Positions 52,842-64,000 of a stretch of DNA of 64,000 nucleotides are shown here, in pieces. A program made the translations under genes and the position numbers. Every line of letters begins with the position of its first letter. Positions within the stretch are counted from its first letter, which is position 1. The notes beneath the pieces were generated by a model that was not told the origin of the DNA, made no database searches, and was given only the letters and a program-made list of their open reading frames with translations. The stretch comes from Raillietiella orientalis (taxonomy: Eukaryota). The stretch covers positions 6,386,001 to 6,450,000 of the forward strand of contig JAYWIR010000004.1 of NCBI GenBank assembly GCA_036172245.1, read 5' to 3'.

Positions 52842-53060
52842 TCAATAACAGTGACAGGTGCAAATGTCGGCAACCGTAGAGATTGGAGGGAGCGGAAGTC
52901 GCCGATTCGCAAAAATGTTTTTCCCATCAAAACATTCTTTGTTTATCCATTCTTCATTTGTTGACATAAGTCTCTGTTTTTCTTCAATGACTGCTTTCAC
53001 TGCTGCTAATTTTTCAAGTTCATCCCTTTCAAGTTTTCGTCTCCTTTGGCTCTCACACAC
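52842..53060 (-). CDS. Orphan exon-like segment encoding a charged, coiled-coil-like peptide
   Basis: RRRKLERDELEKLAAVKAVIEEKQRLMSTNEEWINKECFDGKNIFANRRLPLPPIS in ORF 52842-53228; composition is protein-like. Boundaries are approximate and no family is recognised. Confidence 0.25.
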   Translation of the reverse strand: MCESQRRRKLERDELEKLAAVKAVIEEKQRLMSTNEEWINKECFDGKNIFANRRLPLPPISTVADICTCHCY

Positions 53061-53902
53061 AGGCAGATATCTCGTGACGAAAAAGAACCTTCCTTGATAT
53101 GACGACGCGTTTTTAAAGCTTTCTAGACTCGACGGATGCTGGTCTCTACGATTTGTACCTTTCAAAAACACAGGAATCCTTAACATGTACTGATTACGCA
53201 AAGATGAATCAAACAAACAAACCCTCAAAATAGGAATAAAATTAAAATCAGAGATTTGTACATTTCATCGCATTTTTTTTTCCCTCTTCACTTTTTTTGG
53301 ATGGATGAGAATGATTTACGATGACATTCTGAAGATCGAAACCAAAATGCTCTTCCTCATCAACGTTTAGTCTTCGGTAACTGCTGAATTTGAGCTTTAT
53401 AGGTTGAGGTTCCAGACAGCTTTGCTAATCTCGAAAGACTCCATGTTTGCAGAATTCTCGATACAGATGGAACCTCGTTTTCATCCTGGACCAGAATGTT
53501 TGGCCACGTCTCTTTCTTTCGTTTCGTTATCTTCCTTTTTCCTTCTTCACAGGGAGGTCATCTCTCGTTAAGATGCCCTTCAAGTAGCAAAAGTTCATTG
53601 CAAACAATGATGGTGATAAAGAAGACGGATATTTCAAATTTCTTCGCCTTGAATACTGAGGGAAAATAAAATGAATACTTATACCAACCAAGCGACTAAA
53701 TGCACTGTACAATGATTCTTCTTCAGACGTTCCTTCAGTATGAGAACTGCGCTGAAGAAGAGTCCATCATTGAGTGCTGACAACTTTCCACAGGTCCAAT
53801 TTTGCTCTTAGGAAAAGCAGAAATTCTCCGATAAGCCAATCGTGGAAACGTTCTGCTCAAGCTACCTGTTCTGATTACTAAACAGGGTTAGTAATCAGAG
53901 CG

Positions 53903-54141
53903 TTAACCCTTTGAAACCAATTTTCCTCTCCGGAAGGAACGCTTTCGGTTCACTTGAACGCAGCTCCGTCTACAAAGGCGCGCAAAAGCATTACTGGATG
54001 AACTAAAAAAGATTTTCTGTGAACACTTTTCAGGGAAATCATCGTGGAACGGATGTATTTACCTAAGAATGGACTGTGTCCATGTAAAATCTGAACAACG
54101 TGCACCTAAGAGAATCACGCGTGTAACTTTCAATGGGTTAT
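53903..54141. mobile_element. Possible degenerate TTAA-type (piggyBac-like) MITE
   Basis: Left end TTAA-CCCTTTGAAA; right end TTTCAATGGG-TTAT (reverse complement ATAA-CCCATTGAAA). About 230 bp with no recognisable coding content between them. Confidence 0.3.
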
Positions 54142-57100
54142 GGGCTTTAGAATACCATCCTTTCAAAGGAAGACGGCCTAGTATGTCTTCACTTTATTCA
54201 TATGTATTAAGGTTCTATTCGTTTGGTTGCGAAGCAAAAAGTTCTTTGCACTCTCCAATATCTTCTAGAAAGATCTCAAGTATGGCAAAAACTCCGTTTG
54301 AAGAAACAGATTCATTTTTTGAGCATTTGGCTAACTGATAATGAATGAAAAACTGCCATAGAGTTTTATCTTATCAAGACAACAGTCAACAACACTTTCA
54401 AAAGAAGGATGAATCGTTCGCAAGACTTGGAAAAGAGGAAAGCAAGAATGCAAAAGAAGCGACTGAACGAGTGAAGCTTCTGATGCTCACAACAGTAAGT
54501 GGTTTCAATGAAGGCATTTCAGTATACTGCGAGAAATTTTGCTAATTTTTCAAGTGTATCCCTCGTTATTAACTGAGACTCTCTGTATCAGAATTACAAA
54601 GAGCCCTTCAGAAGACTGTCATAAAACACTCCTGCAGGATCACAATTGCACACCTCGAAGCCAGGTAACTGAAATTGACCGACCTGCAGTTGTTGAATTT
54701 AAATGTTCCCAAATTTGCTATAAGCTTTAATAAATAGCATATGGCTGGAGCAAGAGAATTTCCAGTTCTGCTATCTGCTTCCCTGTGTGACAGTAGGGAA
54801 ATCTCAAACAAGCATCGCATCAACAACTCAAGCCGTTAAAAATGAAAACCTACAAATCGAGATAACTAGCCTGAGTGTCAGGAAATTAGTGACGTAGCTA
54901 AAAGAATTTGTTTTCATCAATACGAACAAGAGAAATCAAAAGATTAATGTAAGCGCGGATAACGTTGTCTATTCAGGAGCAGATAAATCCTGTTTCACGA
55001 TGAGTACATTGAAGAATAATGAGGTAGTTCAAGGGATACCACACGTCCCCTATCAAGAATCTGCAGTACTGGAAGCAGCAAAATTTGCAGGTGACCTTAT
55101 TCACAGCTCTCGTAAACTTCTTCATTGCATTCTTACGAATTCATGAGTAGTGAAGCCAGAAACAGATAACGCTTATTTCAAAGATCTGATGTGCTTCAAA
55201 GATCAGTGCAGCTCCACCGTACCTCAGTCGCCCTTAGCAATGCGAATGTGCGCATCTAACGTATACGAAATTTATCTAAGATCAAGCAGTAAGCCGTCTG
55301 TGAAAGTGAAAGCCACAGTTGGGAACCGACTGAAAAGAAAACTCGAAGGAAATTCGTGCATCAGTAGCTTCCTTAGAGAAACGCAGTTTACACCCCTCAG
55401 CATCCACTGCCACGAAAAATTTGTCTCTTCTCAGTCAACTTTCCTGTCTGGTTTACAAGCCATAATTTTTACTTACGGGCTGATCAAAGATGTGCAATTT
55501 TTCAGGTAGCTTTGCTTCTCCCTCATTATGCTCATTCCATATGTGCGCACAATACGGAATGAGCAAATATTCCATAATATGTGAATTTTATGCGCGTATT
55601 TCTGATAGAATAGATAATTGCAAAGGAATTTTAAAAAATATCATCATAATTTATATTAAATTAAAATCCTTACATGTGCTTCAAATTCAGTGAGTAAATA
55701 TTGTGACTTGCATAGGTGAAAGAATAAGTAGACCGTATTTGTTTTTCGTAACGGAACACGGAAACATACATGAATCATCCAATTCAAAATGCAAAAGCGT
55801 TTTTTGATGATTATTTAAAAAGAAATGAAATGAGAGATTGTAATATCCTCGTTGCCATAATAAATATTCCATCAATGTTTACCGGATACAGCAGCATCAG
55901 AGCAGCACATAATTAGCTCTAGAAACTCTTAAAAGAGAGTTTAGTTGCTTATGTCAAGAGATTCGTTGAATAGCCATCAGTTTTATCAATATACGCACAT
56001 GCAGTTCAGTTTAATATTTTCTGAAAAGAAAATGTATATACATTTTCTCAAAGTTAATGGTTCTAACTAACTGCACTGAATGAGCGTTTGTTAAGTCATG
56101 AGCCGTGCTGCTCAAAAAAGGGAATTGAAATTGACTAGAAAACAACGGGAAGTACCGTTTGAGAGGCATTTCTGCTCTCACTAATGTTAATGATGTGTTA
56201 ACAACTCCGGCAACCACAAGTGATGCAGGGTCACTTGCAGTTGCCGGAGATCTGACAAGGGAGAGAGCGAGAAATGGAATGTTTGTGTCTGATACGGATT
56301 TTATATACGAATATTTTTTTTCTTACTATTTCATTACTTTGTGTAATTCTCTCTTCTTCCATTCCTTTTCGCATTCTGATACCAACAACCTGAATGTAAT
56401 CAAATGTTAATATTTCAAAGCAGTTTAAAGTTGGTGATGGCATCGACTCCAAGAATGCAGAGGGAACTTAGGAGGTAATGCAGGAAGGATTTTGTCACTA
56501 AAGAATTTCGTTAACGATCGACCGTCCTACTTATTCAGCTGATTGCTGCTCTTGAGACCATCAGTGACTGCTGAGGACTATTAACCTGCAGAAGACTTTA
56601 ACGATCCTGCAAACTGTAAAATTTGGCGAAGAGTTTTCCTGCTAATTCCGTTTCAGAGTTTTTTTTATTGACCTCGAACACGGAAACATCCTAGAATGGT
56701 GTGCCGTTTGCCATAAGAATTACTTAGGAAGATGTACCAAGGCAGAACAAAGGGCTACCATTGATCATCCTGTTAAACACTGTAGTGCATTTTCTCGAGT
56801 TCAGATTGGTGGATTGGTGATGGCATTTACCATTAGTACTGAGTTCCCGCTGAACTTCATTTCTTCATGAATTTAAACAAACCTATGTCTCTCCCAGTCA
56901 ATTTTGTAATTTTCATTAGACTTTGGAAATGCACATTCTCAAGTATAAATACGGAGATAGAGTTTCTTAACGAATTTCAAAAGTGAATTACTCTGGTTAG
57001 CCTCACGCGATGCAGATTATAAAAAACGTTCCTCTCCTTAGACATGGAAGGCTTGAAGAGAAATGGAAAATCTTGTCTGTTTTCATCCTGCGCTCCTTAC

Positions 57101-59100
57101 AGCTGGTGGTCCGCTTTCTGTGTTGTCGCTTGCTTTGTGCTTTCATCTCGAAGATAAAATAGCGCATCATGTAATACATATGAATACTCGAGTCAGACAT
57201 ATAAATCATGTATAATTGAATGGAAAAGACAGGTTAATTCACTGGAAATTCCCTCTCTTTCCGGAGCATAGCAAAAAAAAAAAGGCGGAGAGGTGCTAAC
57301 TGTTTCGGGAATTCATAATGATCTTCTTTAAGCTAACCTGCACTAATAGCTGAAGTTAAGCTCTTGAATCGGATCTCAGAAGCTGAACTACCGACATTCC
57401 TTGCGTTTGTTAAGAATCCTAAAATGCTGATGGAAAAAAAAAAAGGGAATGAAAATCAGTGAGTACTTCGAAGATAAGAGCAAAATTAATGCAAACTGCT
57501 ATCTGTAAATGAAGAGGAATTAACCGCGACATGGCCGATTTGACAAAATGAAAATGCCAGCGGAGCACATTCTGACATTCAGTTCACCAGGAATCACGTC
57601 ACGTCACTTTCTGTTGGAACAGTAATGATTCTGGGAGGCTATGCGACCTGCACAGCAGCAAAAACGCTTTTCATCAGCTAGAGAACCAGAGGTGACCCTA
57701 ATTGGTTAGAAGGTCGCGTAGGATGAAGATAACACAATACACTTTACAGAGGGTACTTCTGAGTTGGAATCAGTAGCTCTAGAGAAAGAGGGTATCTCAT
57801 TTTCTGAATTTTGGAGGATTACGTGACTCAGGGCTTTCGTGGCTTCCATGGAATAGGAAACCTGATCTTCTGAGTCACCAAAGTAATGAGAACGATCATA
57901 AAGTGGAGCTTCTATTAAATATTCATGAGGATAATACCGGGATCGTGGTCATTTTAAAACGCAATTGATTTCGTCTCCTTTCAGTCGAATCTGTACACCA
58001 GAGCCATGCCCCCGCAGCGGGTGTTTCTATTGTTTATTGCAACCGTTTCGTGCTCATTTCTCTCTGTAATTTGGCCTCTAATTTGGAAACACTTTTCCAG
58101 TTAGAAGAATTTCACAATTTGAAGGATTTGGACGTATTCCAAATGGAGTGAAATTGATACATTCCAAAGTGCTTTGCATAATGAATCGGAAGGTAGCAAC
58201 TTGAGAATGGATCGCAGAAAAGCACAAAGATGATTTTATGAGGGAAGCTGATCAGTGAGAATTTCTTAGAGGATGGATGAGTGTTTAGGAGCGACGAACA
58301 ATAGGGAGCAGCAAACTGCTCTCCTTGAACCTTCCAACCTTTTATTATTTTGAGGATTCGATAATTACGGTCCGTCACCCTATGATCACAAAGTGTATCG
58401 AATGGCTCTGTGGAAGCATTTGCGGGTCCATCACATCAGGGTTTAGAGTCTCAAGTCCGATTTTCCAGAATCCAGCTCATGTAGTGAGTGGTCCATATTC
58501 ACAGAGATTTCTTACGGTTCCAAGAATAAGAAAGGAACAGCACAGAGTACATACTGGATACCCAATGCTGAAACAAAACACTGTCAAAAAAAAATCATAA
58601 CTTGTCGCAGGAATCTCCCCATCTCGTAGCATAGAAATCTTTCCCAGTGTATTGTAGGAAAGCTAGAGAAAAATGGTTTCTCATCATTTGTCTCCCTTCT
58701 CAAAAAAAACTGGTTTCTTGTTCTCTAAAACGAATTCTTTCGAACTCATTTCTTTTGTTACATTTGGTCTCTCTTTAATCGCATGGAAATCTATGGCGCG
58801 AGTCTAATATGCTGAAAGTCCAAAAACGCAGCTCGAACCTTGGGTTTGTTTTGAACACTGTGCATCATTCAAGAGTTTTCAGAGATTTCGGATGTGTTTG
58901 TGTAAGCACCAAATAGATGTCGCAATGTCACCCGTCTCGCAAACGGTTGTTCACATGAACCCTGTGTAGATGAAAGTTCGCGTCCTTCACACGGGCATAA
59001 ATCATCAATCGGCTCTTCTGCAAGATTATCAATCCATAGAAGCATCAAAGGTCTTTTTTGTTTTTTCGTTTTTAACCTTTAGACAAAGTCCAAAATATGA

Positions 59101-59139
59101 AGATCAGTGCACCAAAATCTTTTGATGGTGCACTGATCT
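59101..59139. repeat. Perfect 14-bp inverted repeat (hairpin)
   Basis: AGATCAGTGCACCA, an 11-nt loop, then TGGTGCACTGATCT. Confidence 0.85.
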
Positions 59140-60027
59140 CCAGACCTCAACGATGCTTGTTCATCTCCATGCGGCATGCGAAACAGCCAGTTCGTTTTAT
59201 TTTGAAAATGCTCTCGATGGTGCAGGCAGGTGGTTTCCCCCGCATGCTACAGGGTACTTAGGCAAAAGAGGTGCAAAAAGGTGCTTTTTTTCCTAGGAGT
59301 AGAAAGCATAGGATGGATGAATTTCCGGATTCCAAGCTTCTGATTGCTCGTTGAATAGAACGAGGAGGAATTTTCCATGAAGCACTCTTTGGTGGGAACT
59401 TTCGCATCACCCACCATCGTGTCTATGTGCCGGAATTATGGTCACATGACGTGTTAAGCATCCTCCCAAATTTAATTGAAACGTTCCTTTCATCCGCAGT
59501 CGAATCGATTGGTGCCTCCTTTGGCCGGCCAGCTGGCACCTCGCCATGAAATTTGAGATATAAAAAACCACTGACTGGCTACTTGCCTCTGCTTCCCGCG
59601 ATGCACAACGATGCATCAAGATGAGAAGCCTTGCTCCCTCGGCATAGCCCAAGCTGAATAAATAATTCATATGGGAAACGTGAAAGCACGCTTAAAGACC
59701 CTCGAATCGACTTTAAGATTTTTATACAGTCCCATCCCAAATGCATGCAAGGTTCCCCAGACCGAATGCATCAAATATGTCTTATCTTAGACACACGTCA
59801 TGTTACACATCAACTCAAATCCTAACAATCATCCATCTTAGCAAACAAATCATTCTTATTGAACAAACAGCAGTTGTTTGTTCACTAATGCGATTGATAA
59901 TTTATGATTGTTAATCTTAGAAAATCGTTAGACAAAACGATGCTTTCTTGTTAGAAAGAAGGACTTTGGATCTCACTTAAGGTGACAGTTAGCACTTTAG
60001 GGAAAAAAGACATCATGAACTGTCGAA

Positions 60028-60248
60028 TGAATCCGAGGAAGAATGTAGGCGTAAACTGGCAGTAAACAGCTCACACAAAAGTAGTAGTAGCAGTAGTAGT
60101 AGTAGTTAGTAGCAGTAGTATGTAGTATTTGTTTGAGCCGTTTACTACCAGTTTACACCGTTCCTCGGATTCACTCAGGGATTTAAGTTCGTGCTGAGAG
60201 TCTCATACTACTAGCAGTAGACTTATAAGCACGAACTTAAATCTCTGA
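60028..60248. repeat. Double foldback element with (AGT)n microsatellite loops
   Basis: Arms 60028-60079 and 60128-60173 are imperfect inverted repeats around an (AGT)n tract. Arms 60175-60195 and 60228-60248 match 20/21 around a loop containing TACTACTAGCAGTAG. Confidence 0.8.
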
Positions 60249-63200
60249 AAGTAACACTCCGAAGTTGGTGTTAGCCGCATCTTTAAATTTTCAGCTATCT
60301 TCAATCTGTCTAAACGAATTTCTCTCGACGGACTTCCTTTGGCATGAAAGCACCACTTTCTTAATTCCTTGAGACAACACATGCACCGGGTTTACGATTC
60401 CAATAGGCTAAGTAATCACAGTTACCTTCTTAGAAACTTATTCTAAGATTATATTCTAAGAGACGCTTGTATACAGGTCACTTAGGTAGTAGATAATTTT
60501 CATGAATTATGCATGACACATACATCTTGAAGTGGAAGATCGTAGAGCCATCTCTTTTATCAGATGTGATTCATTGGTTACGGTGGCAGTTGACGTCAAA
60601 GTATTTGTTTTCTTTCGACTGAATTTCACGACCAAAAAGGGAAATGTCGGCTCAGAAAGCGTCAGGAAAAAATTGTTTGCTTTTATGCACCAAGAATGCA
60701 AAAGGCTGTTCCTTCTAGACATGCTCCTGAGGAGTGGTAGCAGCAGCTCTCACAGATTTCTCGATATCATGTGACGTGAGGGAACTCGTATCTGAGATAG
60801 TTGTGACTCTCTCAGTGACTTTCATCTCTTGTCTGATGAATATCCCTAAAGGCGAATTAATTTCGACATTCCACTTCGCTCAGAGCAGCCCAAAGCTGAT
60901 GTTTGCAAATGGACACTATGTTGGACCATCAGAAAAGAAAAATGCAAAATGGACGAATCTGTTGGAAAGAAGCCGAAGTTTCGGTGAGTTCCGAGCAGCA
61001 GATGCAGTCACGATGAGATGGAGTGGTCGGCATACAAGATTCCCCATTCCAGGGAACCGATACTTACCCACTCAGGCGCGACACACCGATTCGGGAATCG
61101 CAGAATCCGAACCTGGCCGTCGTCATCGCGTTGCCGCTTCTCTTCGCCGAATCCACCTCCATACGAAAGTTGGCTGCCGGTGGTGACGCCTTCCCGAAGA
61201 ACGGTTGCGGCGAAATTCCATTCGTTCAACAGTGGGTGCGTCCCCGATCTGCTTGGAAAAATTCGCACCTTCGCGAAAGCAATCCTCAGCTGAGGAATGC
61301 TGCTTCAGAATTTGGTTCGCCCTTCCTAACAGTCTTCGGTCGCTTCTCACGGGAATCCGAGACGATGCTCGGAATGAAATAAATTAAGTTCCTCACCCTC
61401 CTGCAATTTTATTAGTTTTGCTTTGGGGCTCAGACCGGTTCATTTTGCTCAAATAGATGTAGGCATTAGCATTTTGTAGATTTTAGGATGCTTTTTGAAT
61501 TTCATGCAGAATCCATTACTCTGTCGCTTTCGCAGCAAACGATCTCTTGAAAGCAGAACCCAAAGCCAATAAGTCCAAGCCTTTCCTGCGGAAGGTCGAC
61601 CCCTAATGCAGTCGGCTACTTGACATCTTAAGGCTAATCTAAACATGCTTAGGTTCCCTCAAAAAAAAAAAAAAAAAGAGACTGAAAGAAGCGAACCACC
61701 ACTGAATGCGGTCGACGCCACGTCTCTTCGTTGTGATTTATTTTTCAGAAGAGTGGCATCTCAATCTTTCATGATCATCAGACTTCTGAGTCAAGTGGAG
61801 AGATTAGATCATTCTAACTGTACGCAAAGCATTTACAGCATCTCCTCACTCATTTAGAAAATTACTCTCATGATGAAGCCTGCGCAGGAAATAAATCACT
61901 TGAAGTCTTCTTCCTCCTAATCTTCACCCTCAAACTTATAATGCTAAAAACTCGTGGAAGCTCAGTCCGTCTGGTGCACAGAATTAATTTAGCGAGATGA
62001 TTCGAAACTTCCGAGTTTGCATCTTGGGGAGAAAAGCACGGCACAAACCTGGTGAGTAGAGCGTGAACCTTGCAAGTTCTCCAGGCGTTTCCATGAACAC
62101 TTCCCAGTGTTTCCCACAACAGCAGCTGCTGGAAATATGCCCGTGTGTACCAGCGTTCTCAACGAGGATTCTTGGATACGAAATCTCCATAGTTTTGACT
62201 CTGAGACAAAAAAGCTCACCTTGGTAAGTCCGATTCGAATGACTGAGATGAAAAATACGCGAAAACAAACACTTCATCGAATGGTGTCTCCAAACAGATC
62301 CTCATTTCGCCAGGGAATCTCGAAAAAATGCTCCGCGTTTTTTGCATCCATCTTTCTTAAAGTCACTCGCAGAATCTGCGAAAAATTTGAAATTTTCCTT
62401 TTGAGCAAGAAAACAACTTGTCACGAAAACATCTCGGAAACATCAACATCCATCGTGCAAAGTTAGCCGCGAGAGCTCAACATTTGCAGAGAAAAAACAC
62501 ACACACACACACATAGTGCTACAAAGACGAATGTCAAATAAACGATTTGTCTAGAATTCTCAGGAATACCTCTCGCAAAACTCAAACGATTCGTAGTAGT
62601 AAATCACAATCCCCCGTGATTTGACAGTAAATATTCGTCGGGAACAATGATTAGAACCCGCTTTTTTCTGCACAACTGTTAAAGTGTGGTGAATGCAGAT
62701 GAAAAAAAAAAGTATCACGCAAAACAGCAATCCGCCTCAATACGATGATCAGCCGTCAAATTAATAAAGGCCAAGCCATGGCTTCGATTGATGATTACTT
62801 CTCTGTGCGACAGTTTATTACTACTTCGATTTCCAAGGATGTGATGCCAAAATACACAGAAGGAATCCTGGGCAAAGCAGTTTCTCATCATCCACCGATT
62901 TCCTGAATATTCTTGCGGCTAACTAACGTAGATGTCAGTCAAACCATTCGAATAACACAGTCTACAGTGCCTCAGCTGGAAACACACGCATGGGACCCAC
63001 GTATACCTATTTAATGAGGTCATTTGTCACCTCCTCCTTCTTTGAAATACTTATATCAGTAATAGTTTTGTAATTCTGATTGGAAAAAAAAAAAAGTGCT
63101 CAGAAAGGTTTTTTGCTTTGAATGAAGTTTTCATCGACTAATCCCTTTGGATAGGATCAGATACTGGAGATTTCCTGGACACAGTGCTATTCCAAACATT

Positions 63201-64000
63201 TCCCTCCGTTGCTTTTGTGTTCAACGAATCTTTCTGAAGTGTTACATATCCAATACAATAGATTTTCTTTTTTATTTTTCTCTCCTCCCTTTGTTTCCTA
63301 TTCAGTTTAAACTTCGCATTCCAGATCTTTTCTGATCTCAGATGAGAATGGAACTTCGAACTCGAAAGAAGAAAAAATCTCCATTTGATGTAACGTCACA
63401 AAAGCTTGGGAGTGAAATGAAACACAATAGAATCAAATGAAGAAAAAAAAAAAAACGAATATGAAAGTAAAAACATCAATTTATGAAAGATGTGTGCTCT
63501 CGTGTCTTGAAGCAACTACGTTTGAGTTCATTTGTCTTCAGTGCAATGCTGCGTCCGGTTTCGGGTCCAAGACTTATTCGCTTTCTGCGGCAGTAAGGAG
63601 GAGGATATTTTGTTCCAGTATTTCGCGGAGCGAGATGAATCTTACTGGAACCACACATTGAGCAAAAGTACCGGAGCATCATAAAGAAAGGAATCCTGCA
63701 GAATTCAAAATTACACACGTCTGAGTCCCTGAAGCAACGAATTTGGGGGGGAATTTTGTTTGTTTTTTTTTAGCAATTATGAAGGTTCTAAGATAAAGTT
63801 TCCGTTTCTTCAGGAAATAAATTATTTTTGCAATCATCATTAGTTCCGAATGCCTACTCAACTTGCTAACCCATTATCCCCCATTAATAACATCCTTCAT
63901 TTTACGATGAAGTGAGCATCATGTCCTCTGCAGCAGTTTTATATGTGTCGATTTCATGTCCCGCTTATCAACTGAAGTTCATTTCTTCCTTGGCGAGCCC

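Noticed and set aside
1..64000. Prokaryotic systems (CRISPR, defence islands, operons) or autonomous transposons
   Set aside because: The sequence is intron-containing eukaryotic DNA. I saw no regularly spaced repeat-spacer array and no transposase, integrase or reverse-transcriptase motifs.

Overview
Eukaryotic (invertebrate, probably arthropod) genomic DNA, mostly AT-rich non-coding sequence with many poly(A/T) tracts. There are no operons, rRNA, CRISPR or recognisable transposase/RT ORFs. The one firmly identifiable gene is a + strand muscle LIM protein gene (CRP/MLP family, Mlp84B/Mlp60A-like). Eleven GT-AG-bounded coding exons between 26548 and 37082 splice into a 1479-nt ORF (492 aa) with five LIM + glycine-rich modules. 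The locus also appears to encode a single-LIM isoform through an alternative terminal exon (27757-27784), and the LIM modules repeat the same intron positions. Two of its introns (about 31.9-36.0 kb) are conspicuously GC-rich. They contain minus-strand ORFs whose splice signals chain in phase into a possible interleaved antisense gene; this is unverified. Elsewhere I see a few hairpin/foldback elements, a short dispersed repeat, a possible TTAA-type MITE and some orphan exon-like segments that cannot be assigned. I found no convincing evidence of a wholly new biological system.
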